From Chiloscyllium plagiosum (lineage: Eukaryota): 63,151 nt of DNA. This document shows positions 26,590 through 39,009 of the stretch, in pieces. Numbering within the stretch: position 1 is the first letter of the stretch; every line of letters begins with the position of its first letter. The DNA lies in assembly GCF_004010195.1 (NCBI RefSeq), contig NC_057711.1:38620751-38683901 (forward strand), read 5' to 3'. The notes under the pieces were generated by a model. The model had not been told where the DNA came from, did no database searches, and was given only the letters and a program-made list of their open reading frames with translations. The position numbers and the translations under genes were made by a program.

Positions 26590-26929
26590 AGAAATCCTAC
26601 AGTGTGGAAACAGGCCCTTTGGCCGAACAAGTTCACACTGACCCTCTGAAGGGTATCCCACCCAGACCCATTCCCTTACCCGAGTATCCTACACTTACTC
26701 CATAACTAATGCACCTAACCTACACATTCCTGAATGCTATGGGCAATTTAGCATGGCCAATTCACCTAACCTGCACATCTTTGGATTGTGGGAGGCAACC
26801 AGGGCACCCAGAGGAAACCCACGCAATCACAGGGAGAATGTGCAAACTCCACACAGCTAGTCACCCAAGGCTGGAATCAAACCCGTATCCCTGCTTTGAG
26901 GCGGTAGTGCTAACCACTGGGCCGCCCCA
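26590..26929 (-). mobile_element. HE1-like SINE inserted in CR1
   Basis: Reverse-complement homology to 59405-59727. Confidence 0.85.
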
Positions 26930-27374
26930 AAATGGGAAGATGTTTTCATTTGTAGGAGAGACTAGGATCCAAGGACACAGCCTTAGAGTAAGCTTCTTGA
27001 TTATCAAAGGGATCAAGGGTTATGAGGATAAAGCGGGAGAATGAGGTTGAGAAACTTATCCGCCATGATTGAATAGTGGACCCAGTTGAGATGCTCGGTG
27101 AACCGTTCTCTAAGCTTATGTTTGGTCTGCCCGATGTAGAGAATGGTGGAGCAGATTCAATGGGCAGAATGGCCTAATTTCTGCTCCTATGTCTTGTTGT
27201 CTAATGGTCTTATGATCTTCTTCAGGTATTAGGTTGACAGGTGAGCTGCTTCAATAAGCTGAGCTGCAAAGGAAAATAAGAAAAAGTATACGGCAGCTTT
27301 CCTTTCTCCCAACTGACAAGAATTTGTTACTTTCCTCGTTCATTTATGACTATCAGACTAGAGGATTGATGAAA

Positions 27375-27485
27375 TTAGAGTGGTGCTGGGAAAGCACAAC
27401 AGGTCAGGCAGCATCTGAGGAGCAGGAAAATCGACGTTTCGGGCAGCAGCCCTTCTCCAGCATCTGCAGTCGTCACTTTCACCTG
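27375..27485. mobile_element. Truncated Penelope-like pLTR (inverted arm fused to tail)
   Basis: Shares caggtcaggcagcatc...tcgacgtttcgggc and ctccagcatctgcag with the 1115 element. Confidence 0.7.
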
Positions 27486-28059
27486 GAGGATTACTGAGAC
27501 CATCAATTTATTAGCACTCCACACCTCAATGAATACAGAAATGCTATGATTATGTTGCTGCATGTGGTAATCCCAAGGCCTAGACTAAGAATTTTGAATT
27601 CAATTCCCACCAATGCAGAATGTGAAATCAGAAAATCCTTTCACCAGTCAATTTCAGCTGTTGGATTAAGGATCTAGAAGTGGTTAGCAGAGCTGCCTGC
27701 CAAGTGTGATTGGGATTTTAGGCGAGGATGAATTCGAGTTGAGTTGTGCCCAACTAGGCTCTTAGTTAAAAAAAAAAGTGTCATTTTGGAAACTCCAACT
27801 GGACATCACACTCATTGCTCAAGGTAGTCATGCAGCTTTATATAAATGGTCAAATGGAAGAACTTAAAAATCATTGGAGTTCACTTCCAGTTTGTTATAG
27901 GAAAACCTGACTCCGTGTTGCTTATTGGAGAAGAGGGAGTTTTTGTAATGTGTTGTGTATGAATTTCAGACTGGGCAATGATTGTGGACTTGAGGACTTT
28001 AGCTGCAGGAGTTTGTTCAGACTCTTTCCTGCTATCTGGGACTTACCTGGGAGTACGTC

Positions 28060-28150
28060 CCACGGAGGGGCGGGCCCGGATGGATCACGTGAGCTCCGCC
28101 ATTTGTGTTTTGGGAGAAGAGGCGGAAACGGTTATCTCAGGTCGGTGCAG
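28060..28150 (+). promoter_or_regulatory. CCDC125: Probable CCDC125 core promoter and non-coding exon 1
   Basis: GC box GGGGCGGG 28067-28074, palindromic E-box TCACGTGA 28085-28092, YY1-like CCGCCATTT 28096-28104, GCGGAA ETS-like site, strong donor CAG|GTGAGC at 28150/28151. Confidence 0.65.
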
Positions 28151-29862
28151 GTGAGCAGGGACTGATTGGGAATGAGAGGAGTTGGGTGAGGGGAAGCATT
28201 TTCTTTTTATGTCAGGCGGTCTTTATTGTTGGATGCTCCGGCCGGGTGGAGCAATGTTTGTGTGTGTGCACTAGTGCCTGCCGGCTTCTACAGACTTTCT
28301 TTTGGCCCAACAAGGCCCTTGTTGTTGCTACTTGCATAGTTGAAGTGCTCATTTTTTGAAGTCATCTATTGGTTTTTTTCTACATCTGTCATCGAGACAG
28401 ACTGGTCGATAATGTAAAGTAACCAAATTGTTTGGAGTGAGACTTGTGATCGACCAGTAAATTGCACAGCCTTTTATAGATAGGGAGTTGAGAGTAATGA
28501 GTTGGCGTAAGGGGAGTTGAGACCCGGGGCAGATTAGTCAAGTTCTTACTGGGCGATGTAGGCTTAGGAGCGATGACTGACTTACTCCTCCTATTTTTAT
28601 GTTCTCCTGAATTTGTTTTGTGCAGTTATTACGTCAGACGCTAAAGACCAAATGCTTCATTTTGTATTCTCAAATATATAAAACAGGATGTTATTTTGTA
28701 CTTTGTCTGGGCCAATGGGAGGAATGTTAACTACTTCACAGTTAACTATTCACGGGGAAATTTGCTTGGTAATTCTATCCCTGAAATAAGGTTACAAATT
28801 AGCTTCAGTGCATCTGTTCAAGGACGAGGATTACCTAAAATGTCCTCCATGTACTTAAATAGAAAACTAGGTGAACTTCTATGTAAGATAACAACAATGT
28901 AACTTATCCTTATTGTCTGTTTATTTAGAAAGATATTTCTAAATTTGCAATGTAAAAGAACTACAGAAGAATCTCATTTGGAATTAGAAGTTGTCAGATT
29001 TTTGCTGTTCTACCCCCTCCACCATTTCCATGAGAAAAGAATGGGCACTAGTATTAATGTTTGCAACTTTGTTTCTAATTTCATACTTGGAAAGACTGCT
29101 TAATTCCAACCTTGTGATATCACTCATCTCCATTCAAGCTTTAGCTGCTGGCGAAAGCTTTATTCAGTCACCGTGATTCCGATTCTTTTCTAACTGGTCT
29201 CTCCAAAATTTTAGCAAATTTGGCTAACCCTTGTTTACATGATCAAACATTTATGCTTAAAAATAACAAGTACTTTGTGATTGTTTATCTGATAATAAAG
29301 GCATTATGAAACTTCAACTTATTACAGTTCTTATTTGACTTTTACACCGAGAAACTAGTATGTAGTCTCTAATGAGAAGATAGCCTTGGTGTTAAAGGAA
29401 AATAGTGTGTTCGGGCAGAATTATATATTTGATTTATTGATCTAGTTAATGCTGATTGCTTACAATTCCCATATGCTTCCTATTTAAAACACAACTTGTG
29501 CTCAAATCGTCATGTAACCTGTCCAGGTCTGGAACTCTGACAAAACTTTGTATTCCTTCAAATTTCCTAATTATACATTCATGACTTAGCAGCCATGCGT
29601 TCATCTACCTTGATCTTAACCTCTGAATTCACCCCATTCCTCCAAACCTCTCTTTCTTCCCTGCTGCTCAATCTATCTGAGTGTTATGGACCAGGCCAGA
29701 CCCCCTCAAAATATTTCAAGAAAGTAGCCTTGACCCTAATTTTTCTAGTTATTTTAAACAGATGTAAACTGGATTTTCAAGGAGTGATGCAGCTGGCCCA
29801 ACCACTCAGTTTGAAACAAACAATTTATTTATACGCTAACAAAAGAGAACAGTATATAGAAT

Positions 29863-30192
29863 TCAAAGTTTGTGCGAAGATTTGTAGCTCGGGTGCTCGT
29901 TGCTGTGGTTCTGTTCGCCGAGCTGGAAGTTTTTGTTGCAAACGTTTCGTCCCCTGGCTAGGCGACATCATCAGTGCTTGGGAGCCTCCTGCGAAGCGCT
30001 TCTTTGATGTTTCCTCCAGTGTTTAGAGTGGTCTGTCCCTGCCGCTTCCGGTTGTCAGTTTCAGCTGTCCACTGTAGTGGCTGGTATATTGGGTCCAGGT
30101 CGATGTGTTTGTTGATGGAGTTTGTAGATGCGCCTAGCCAGGGGACGAAACGTTTGCAACAAAAACTTCCAACTCGGCGAACAGAACCACAG
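29863..30192 (-). mobile_element. Penelope-like insertion with inverted pLTR, inside a solo LTR
   Basis: 13-bp TSD cagtatatagaat at 29850-29862 and 30193-30205; about 63-bp inverted arms. Confidence 0.8.
29938..29977 (-). ncRNA. Minimal hammerhead motif, second family
   Basis: Minus strand reads GCA-CUGAUGA-U-GUCGCC(uagcca)GGGGAC-GAAA-CGUU-UGC. Confidence 0.7.
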
Positions 30193-31250
30193 CAGTATAT
30201 AGAATAACGTAACAGCTGAAAAATCTAATTGTCTCTATCATAACTTGATGCTATACCAAATGCTTGCAACATCCCCTAAACTACTCTCCCTTTCCACAAA
30301 CTTTGGCAAAAAGGTAAATTCAAAAACAGGTTCTTAAAGGAGAGAGAGGATTAGCATGGAGCTGTGTCTTTGGGTCCAGCAGTTTCTGTGGATTCCCAGC
30401 TAAAACTTGACTAGCAGCTGCAAAACAGCCTGACTTAAAAAACCAAACTCTGAGAATGAGCCACTTCCCTTTCATTGTATAAGTGTTTTATAAAAAAACA
30501 CTTACTTGAGGCAGTATCTGTTAGCTATAATTAAATTGGCCTTAAAACCCATGTAAACCAGACACATTGGAACCTATGCATTTACGCCCCTTTTGTGGGG
30601 GGGGGGGGGGGAAAAGGGAAAAACAAGACAGAATAACCTTGTCAAAGGAGCAGCATTGTCACATTGAGCACTTGCCTTTTTGTACTAAAGCTATTGTTTT
30701 TAAACTTGTTTTTGATTTTGTGTTTATACAGCATACTTAGGTTTTTTTCATTGTGTTAAAGGTACTAACTAAATGGAAGCTGCTCTGCTTGTTCTTTGAA
30801 ATTTGAATGTACAATAGTGCAATACTTAAAACCTTGATGCTATGCACTTGGGTCAGGTCTAACATTGCTCCGAAAATGCAGTGGCTAAATGTTTTCAAAT
30901 GCAGAGGTTGTACTCTTGATCCTACAGTTATTTAGCCTTTTGGTTTTCAGTGTTCTGCTACTTGGTTCATAAACTGTAAAAACAATAATTATGGTGCCTT
31001 TTGGCCACTCAAGGCTCATGCTTCTTCATCAAATCACTAATGATTTCCCATTTCAAAATCTACTTTGGGCATAAATTTATGATAGTTAATGGCTAAGAAA
31101 GATAGAAAATTTTGTCCCCTTTCCTAGTAATGTGAAGACTTTTCTGTGTAGATTTCTTTCCACCAGAAACCGCTCCAGTTACCAGAAAAGTCACTCATAT
31201 ACTTATTCATAAAAATATGTAGCCCAGTTTATCAATTCTATTATTACCAT

Positions 31251-31560
31251 AGCAAGTTTTGAGAAGATTTGTAGCTCAGGTTGAGGTTCTGGATGTAGGT
31301 TTGCTCGCTGAGCTGGAAGGTTCATTTTCAGATGGTTCGTCACCATACTAGGTAACATCTTCAGTGAGCCTCTGAATGAAGCACTGGTGGTTTAGCCTGC
31401 TTTCTATTTATGTTAATTATACCCAAGGAAACTCAAACATATAAACAGAAAGCAGGCTACGCCACCAGTGCTTCATCCGGAGGCTTACTGAAGATGTTAC
31501 ATAGTATGGTGATGAAACATCTGAAAATGAATCTTCCAGCTCAGCGAGCAAACCTACATC
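31251..31560 (-). mobile_element. Penelope-like hairpin insertion
   Basis: 13-bp TSD ctattattaccat at 31238-31250 and 31561-31573; about 120-bp inverted arms, each with a degenerate hammerhead core; tail similar to the 29863 element. Confidence 0.85.
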
Positions 31561-34500
31561 CTATTATTACCATTTCAGCAGAAACTTAAGCTAGCTTTTC
31601 TTTGTATTCCCAGTTTACATGATACCTTTTAATATGTTTGAAGTCACTTCACAGATGATAAAAAGTAAAGTTTGACAGTGAGTCCCCATATGACAATATT
31701 AGATGAGAGAGCCCAAAGCTTTGTCAGAGGTTGATTTTAAGGAATAACTTAGAGGAGGAAAGAAAGCTGGAGACATTTAGGAATTGAATTCGAGTTTGGG
31801 GCCTAGGCAGCTAAAACTGTGACATGTCTAATGGAGTATTTAGAGTCAGGGATGTTTGAGACTTACCTCAAAGTTGTGGGGAGGAGGAGATTGTGTGTAG
31901 ACAACAAATGTTAGCGCCGAAGGATTTTCAAAGAAGGATGTGAGTTTTCAGATGGTGACATCGTTAGCTGGGTCTACACTCAGCCAACAAACAGGATTAA
32001 TGGATGAATGGGATTTTGCCTTGGTAGTACTGTTTTGTGTGACTTTGAGTTAATTAAATACCTTCGATCTCCATTGGAATACCAAAACTCATTTTATTGC
32101 TTTTGTTGGGAAGATTTTGGCAAGACTTCATTTTTATGTTTCTGTTATGCTGTTACTATTTGAAGGTTGCTGTTCTGTTTGTTTTTGCTAGTTGCTTGAA
32201 ATACTAGTTACCTTCTGTTCAGAAAAGAATACATGCAAATGAATTCTGCTGGTGCATTGCATCATATGCAAAAGTAGGTTTGTTATGCAAGGCCTTGAGG
32301 ACCCTAGAGCAATTTTGTGATGATGCTACAACACCCCTCATTTGACATGAACCCTACAGTATGCACAAGAGTTGAGCAGGAAGAGAAGCAAAGAGAATGA
32401 GGCAGAAACCTTAAGTTGAGCCTTGTGAATGACAGAAGCATGTGGAGTAGACTGATTGGTGTTAGGTGGTAAAGTTTAGTCTTTCAATAATGTAAGTGTA
32501 AGACTTGAGCCTAGTATATCTCTGAATACCAACTAATACAGTATTTAGTCTTGGTATGTAATAAACATTTACAAAGAAGTTTGTGCATGATGGTTGTTCT
32601 TGACCTTTGCCTTCTCTCAAACTTGTGGATATGGATAAAACCACACAACAGTTGAGCTTAACATGTTGTGTACTATTATTGATGACATGTAGATACAGAA
32701 TGTTTTATTTTCAAAGGGTTCAAACTTGCATATGAGCTGTGATGCTTAAACGTTTCAATTATTTTGAAAACGAAAGATCAGGGCAATACTCAAAGTTTTA
32801 GCGAAAGCTGGAATTTAGTTGTGTATCTAAGTAAATCAAAATTCTCATCTTTTGGTTGACAATTCCATTTAAGATACTTCAATTTATTTCATTACCTCAC
32901 TTATGCTATTGTCATATTTAGTATTTTAAACATTAGCTAATGACAAACATTATGTCAGAGTTCGAAAGGATTATTGAAGTAACATTTGTTGTGTAAAAAT
33001 GACGTAGATCATTAGCTGTCCCCTATTAAAAGGCAGAAGGGTATTTTTACGTAGAATGAGTCTTAAAAGCACTAATTTACATTTATAGGGTATTCTCAGT
33101 AGAGAAAAGTTCTTAAATTATTGCACAAATGTACAAAATAGGTGGCTTAGAAAAGTAATATTAACTAAAAACTTGGTTGAAGAGATGGACATTTGGATGG
33201 ACATGAAAGGAGGAGGAGATATAGAGGCAGTTAGCTTTATAGTATGAACATTGCAGCAGGGGTCTGGGAAGGATAAATTAATCAGATCCAAAAAATGAGA
33301 TAGCTGGCTTCTAGGCCTGAAGTAGCTGGAGACATGGTAGCAGTAATCATACTGTTGAAACCACAATCCAAAGGTCTGTACTGATGATATGATGATGACC
33401 TCAAATCCCATCATGGCAGCTGGGGATTTAAATTCAGTTGATGAAATAATTCTGAAATATAAAGCTTAGTAATGGTGATGGGATGGGTGGGGAGAGAGGA
33501 GAAGGAAGAGTTGTACATTTCTGTCTGGTACACGAAAGCCCTGCAGAGATTAGAATATGTTGTTCCTTCTGTGTGTAATTCTTTGGCTAGGCTGTTTCAA
33601 AGGATGCCTACCAGTGTTTGAGGGATGGACAATAAATGGTGTTGTCAGCGCAACAGACATGTCTTGAATAAATTTTAAAGTTGGAGATTAATGAGGTGTA
33701 AAGCTGTGAAAAGTGTTTGACCACAAGGATATAAATTCTGAACATGAATGTTGGTGATCAGAGTTATTTGTGGAAGTGAACAAGAAACAGATACCCACAG
33801 AAATTGAATAGATATGCACAGAAGACAAACAAAAAAAATCAAAATCAATCAATTTACTGAAAAATATGTGCAGTATAAAAGCATGAAATTATGAGCAGCT
33901 AATGTAAATTAGTGAGCTCAGGGGTATGAGTGTGATTTGTGAAGACTAGAATACAGGCAGCAGAGTTTTGGATGAGCTGAATTTTAAGGAGGTTGAGTAG
34001 GAGAGCTGTGAAACTGTCAAACCTAAAGAAACCAAGACACACACAATTGAGGTACAAATGAACATGAAGCAGGCACAGAGGTGGGCAGTGTTTAAAGAGG
34101 GGCAATGGAATTTCATTATAGTGAAAATGAGAGTTGGAAGCACAATTAATTTCAATCATTGTTTAATTTGAAGCTTTTTCATTTTGTCATGTTTGTTTGT
34201 ATCTTAGTTAACTGCTATTTTGGAGTTACTGATACAGACATAAGTTGAAATTTAATTCATAATAGTCATATTAATTCAAGTGTTGCAATATTCTGTTTAA
34301 AAATTCATTGAATAGTCCAATCTACACCACCTTGATAGGAAGGTGTGTGATAAAATTGTTAGCATTTACATGTAACTCGCATTGAGCTGATAACTGTGCA
34401 AAAACAGGTGGCAGGTCAGAAGATTGGACAGAATGTCAAAAACAGTTCAATGGCTAACATATTACTGATAGGGGAATTATTTAAACATTAACTCTGGTTC

Positions 34501-34731
34501 TCCGCTGAGTTTGAGCGCTTTCTGTTTTTATTTCCATTCTCCCAGCATCTGCAAGTACTTTGCTCTTACTATAAGAGTTAGTTTTTGTTGAATTCGTGAA
34601 GGCAGATTGTCAGCTTAACACAAGTGACATTTTTTGTAAATTGCATTATTTTATAACATATTCGTTTTCTCTATGTGTCAGTTCTTGTTTTCCCTGCAGA
34701 TAGTTTGGCAGATAAAGGTGTGAAACATCAA

Positions 34732-35041
34732 ATGTCTGAAAGACACGAATCAAAGGTGAAAACAGAAGAGGAGGATGATATGTCCTGTGGAGACCTGGGT
34801 GATGGCCTTTGCAGGAAACCTGGCGGAATTTATGAACAGACACCAGGTGCGGTTGCTGAGACCATAACATCCAGACATGGATCAGATGTCGATGACTCTG
34901 TTTTTAGTACAAGTGTAACTGAAGATGAGAAGAATGCAATTACATCTTCCCACTGGACCAAATACAGTAATCTACACAATTCATTTCATAAACTAACAAC
35001 TTCTGATGGGACAAGTACAAGCAGGCGGTCGAGCAGCAATG
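34732..35041 (+). CDS. CCDC125: CCDC125 first coding exon (exon starts at 34700): MSERHESKVKTEEEDDMSCGDLGDGLCRKPGGIYE...RRSSSN
   Basis: ttttccctgcag acceptor at 34699; EEDDMxxGDLGxGLxRKPGGIYE motif recalled from the CCDC125 N-terminus; GT at 35042. Confidence 0.92.
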
Positions 35042-36240
35042 GTAATCATTAACAATTGTGCATTACTCTAAAGATCAGGTTTGATAAAGCTGTGAAAATT
35101 TTATTTTTGAATGACATCTTATTACTTTAGATATAGCGGTCATAATGTGTCTAAACCTCAAATTTTTATCTTGGTTGAAAACTCTGGCTGGTAGTTATTT
35201 GTGCCCTTTAAGTGAAAAAGTGCAACTTCCTGAACATCTATAACATGCAATTTATTTGAAAGTTTCAAGTAAAAATCTCGCGTCATAAGGGATGGATTAT
35301 GAAGTACAAAAGGATGAAAAAACAATTATACACGTGTGTACAATCTCTGCACTGATTTTGAAAAAAATAAGTTACAAGTGATCCATGAGAAACACAGTTC
35401 TCCAGAAAGGAAATCAATTTAAACTAACATATGTCAGAGTACAAATTGAAGTTTCTTTTCCTTAAAACGTTTCAAGGAAATTTTGATTATCCAATTGTTG
35501 ATACCATTGGGCGAAAATTTAGGAGTAAGATAGAATTCAAGAACTTTTTCAGGAAAAAGTAATGTTCAAGAGAGATTGAGGCAGAATTTTTTTTCATGTG
35601 TTTGAATCATTTGGCCTAATGGAGTGTGTTGAGATTGAAGGTTATGGTGAGAAGGTAAGTGGTTAAAACTGATCTTGTTAATGACTCTTGGAACTAATGT
35701 TTTTCTTAAAGCCCCCAAGTGTGACTTGTGTTCATCTCACCAATCTAAGGTTTTCTTGAGTATATGATATCACAACTCTATTAATGTTGAATTTTAAGAA
35801 ATGTAATTTTTATCTTCCCTTCTAGTAACTTGTTTATATTTTGATTTTGTTTATTCCAGTCTGAAAGATTAATAGAGAATATTCTTTTGAGACCGTCACT
35901 ATTTGTATTTTATTTTTCTCTTTTTTTTTCAAAATTTGGAACTTAATTTAGATTAAGAGTTGAGTTTTGAATAGCTACTTCTTTGAATAGAGAAGAGAAC
36001 AAAAGCAGATGTTATCTGTTGGGAACAGGTCTGGAAAACAATGCAAACTAATTACTGTACTATGGACACTGTAGACAGATTGGCATTGAATTGTTTGTGT
36101 TAGAGGTTGGTGGTTGTTTAGATGTTGAATTGGTCAGTCAAGGGAGGACCGGTGCCAGCCAGCCAACCACAAGGAATGTTGATTAATAAGAGGAACAAAG
36201 AGTCAGGAATAACTTTTTTTTGTAGGAGATAATGATTTCC

Positions 36241-36586
36241 TAGAATCTCTACAATGTGGAAACAGGCCATTTTGGCCCAACAAGTCCACACCGACCCTCT
36301 GAAGAGTAACCCACCCAGACCCATTCCCTGACCATATTAGCCGACATTTATCCCTGACTAATGCACCTGAACTACACATCCCTAAACACTACAAGCAATT
36401 TAGTTTGGCAATTCACCTCACCTGCACATCTTTGGATTGTGGGAAGAAACCGGAGTACCCGGAGGAAACCCACGCAGACACTGGGAGAATGTGCAAACTG
36501 CGCATGGTCGCCCAAGGCTAGAATCGAATCTTGGTCCCTGGTGCTGCGAGGCAACAGGGCTAACCACTGAGACACCATGCTGCCCT
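36241..36586 (-). mobile_element. HE1-like SINE
   Basis: Reverse-complement homology to 59405-59727. Confidence 0.85.
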
Positions 36587-38048
36587 CAATTTGGAAGCTT
36601 CTGGGCTGGCTACTCTATTTTGCGTTCTCTGATCTCTCTCCACTTATTGATTTATTTAATGTTATGAGAAAAGAATCCTAGGCTATAAGAAATCTGTAAA
36701 TATTTGAGTCTGCTGAAATTGCTTGCATTAATGTGACTTCAGAATTTCAGCGAGATGTACCGTTCTATATGCCTGTGAACAGCCCATTGTCCAAGGATTT
36801 CACGAAATTGTAGTTCTTTGATTTTCTTTATAATTTATACCTTAACCACACTCCCATATAGGCAGACTCAGTTATAATCAAAGAAGCATGGATTTAGATT
36901 TGTAGCTTTTAATTAGACTGCTGCCTTGTTCATTTGTGATCTGCTAAAATTACTTTCTTAATAATTAATTTTTGTTGAAGTTATCAACTTGGTGTCTAGG
37001 ATCTGTTGTTTGTGAAATCTGATTGGATGCCATTGGGCAGTTTTGAGGTCTTGAATGTTTTAATTTCACTGACTTCACAATCCACTAATACTGAGGCTGA
37101 TTTGGTTTCGCTTGCTATCCCGATATTGTAATACCATCTTTGCCATCCTTTTATCTTCGGAAATAGTTCAGAATGATATGACTTTAATGCATTATCAAAT
37201 AATGGGAAGCACCCACTAACATTACCAGCAATAAGATAAAATAGCTTGCATTCAAAATTGTACTGTATCCCAAGTGACTTCACAACAGCATTATAAAACA
37301 TAAGGAACCTAAGGAGCATCTTCTCAACCTATCTGCAGCCTTTGACATGGTTCAATATATTATTATACTCTGCTTCTGTTGTCTGTCTTTGTGGGACACC
37401 TCTTGTCTTGTTTGGGTCTTAAGTCTATAATCAGATATGGAAAATTACTTGCATAACTTCTGTTTCTGATCCTGCATTTTAAATTATTGTGTTTCAAAGG
37501 ATCAGTTGTGGCCTTCCTCCTCCTTCAGGAGGTAACATCCTTGATACTGAATGATGGGCAGGTTAAGAAAGGCCCCAGGGCTACTCCAGCTGGAACATGG
37601 GTTGAACTCTCCACTGTTGGCAACATTCTGAACAGCATGATGTCTAACCAGCTCCTAATTCTGATTTACATGGTGTCTTTGAGTAATATTGCCTAAAACA
37701 GCAGTGTTCTCGCATGAAAACTTGACAACACCTAGCTCTCCCCCTTCACTACTTTTAGTGATTCCTCTGGTGTTGCTGAATTGTCCCACAGGTTCTCTGA
37801 CATCCAATATTAAATAAACAGAATTTTTCTCCAATTAAGTGTTGGAAAGACATTATTTCCACAAAAATACAGCTTATGGAATAAATAATCAATTGCACTT
37901 GCATCAAGTTAGCAAAACCGATTTTTAATTAGCAGTTTTGAAAATACACAGTACACAGGTCAACTGAATCCATACTGTTCAAAATTATAAAGCAAATGAA
38001 AAGTTCAACTTTTATTTAAAATATGTTGCCTTGCATGTTTCCCTACAG

Positions 38049-38107
38049 GCTCACAAGTTGAAATCTCAAATGAAGAGTTAAAAGTCAAGCTTCAGGAAGT
38101 TGTGGAG
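38049..38107 (+). CDS. CCDC125: CCDC125 coding exon 2: (G)SQVEISNEELKVKLQEVVE
   Basis: ccctacag acceptor, gtgatt donor, phase 1/0, SNEEL motif. Confidence 0.9.
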
Positions 38108-38862
38108 GTGATTTTTTTTCAGTTGAGAATGGTTTGTCTTTTGAATAGATTATTGCTTTTTTTTAAAACCTGTTGTGGGGTTATGTAACAAACAAACTGT
38201 AAGTATGAAGGCAATTTTGTAAAATATACTGAAGAGGAGAGACTGAAAATTAGATTAAATACAAACATTGGACATTTTGGACCAGTGTGAAAAAAGTATA
38301 ACTTGCTGCTTTTTAAAAATTTAACTCAAGTTTAGCAAACTAAAAATAAGGCTGGAAAAATAAAACTTTGCATTTGGAACTTCATTAGTTTTCAAAGTTC
38401 ATGAAAATGTGTTCTAAAATTATTTGCATTGTAAAGTTGCTGTGAGGCCAAATTAGTGTTTTAATCCTCCTTGACTAGTTCATACTGTTGTTTTTTTTTA
38501 AGTGTTAAACATAGAGAAATCCATACTCATGCTTTAGAACTGGCAATTACAAAAACACTATCAGTGATGTGTGGCTTATGAACAGTTAGATTGGGGTGGG
38601 GGCTATTATGTAGCAGTAATGATTTTGTAATTCTGCTGGTGTACATTCAAATGCACATTTTGATGGAATGTTTATATTCTATTGTAGAATGAGTAGTGGT
38701 GCATGTAACTTTCCTTAGTGGCTCAATGTACACAGAATGATTAATATGGATCAAAGTATTATGCATCAACCCAGCATTGATAACTTGATTATAAGTGCAA
38801 TGTTTGATACTTTGTTCATAGAACTGTAATTTTGTCATTAATTTCAAATTTTTATTTTGTAG

Positions 38863-38949
38863 GAAGCAGAATTTCTACGTTGTGAGCTTGAGGTAACACA
38901 ACAGCAACTTGACGGGAAATATGAAGCATTAAAGATACTACAGAGTATG
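38863..38949 (+). CDS. CCDC125: CCDC125 coding exon 3: EAEFLRCELEVTQQQLDGKYEALKILQSM
   Basis: AG/GT boundaries; EALKILQSM motif. Confidence 0.95.
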
Positions 38950-39009
38950 GTGAGAAGCACGCTGATATTGCTATTCTCAAATAAATGCTGTAGTCACGTA
39001 CTTTTTATG

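Larger units (their letters stand above)
15800..27215 (+). mobile_element. Near-full-length decayed CR1 (ORF1 esterase-like, EN, RT, 3' UTR) broken by nested insertions; host segments about 15800-17241, 23641-23935, 24955-26575 and 26930-27215
   Basis: DIVGITETWL (EN), YLDFKKAFDKVP, FADD; sequence resumes collinearly after each insert. Confidence 0.8.
29682..30663. mobile_element. Solo-LTR-like element (TGT...ACA)
   Basis: Starts tgttatggacc, ends gcattgtcaca; flanks ctgag/ttgag resemble a 5-bp TSD; homologous to 46102-46571. Confidence 0.6.
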
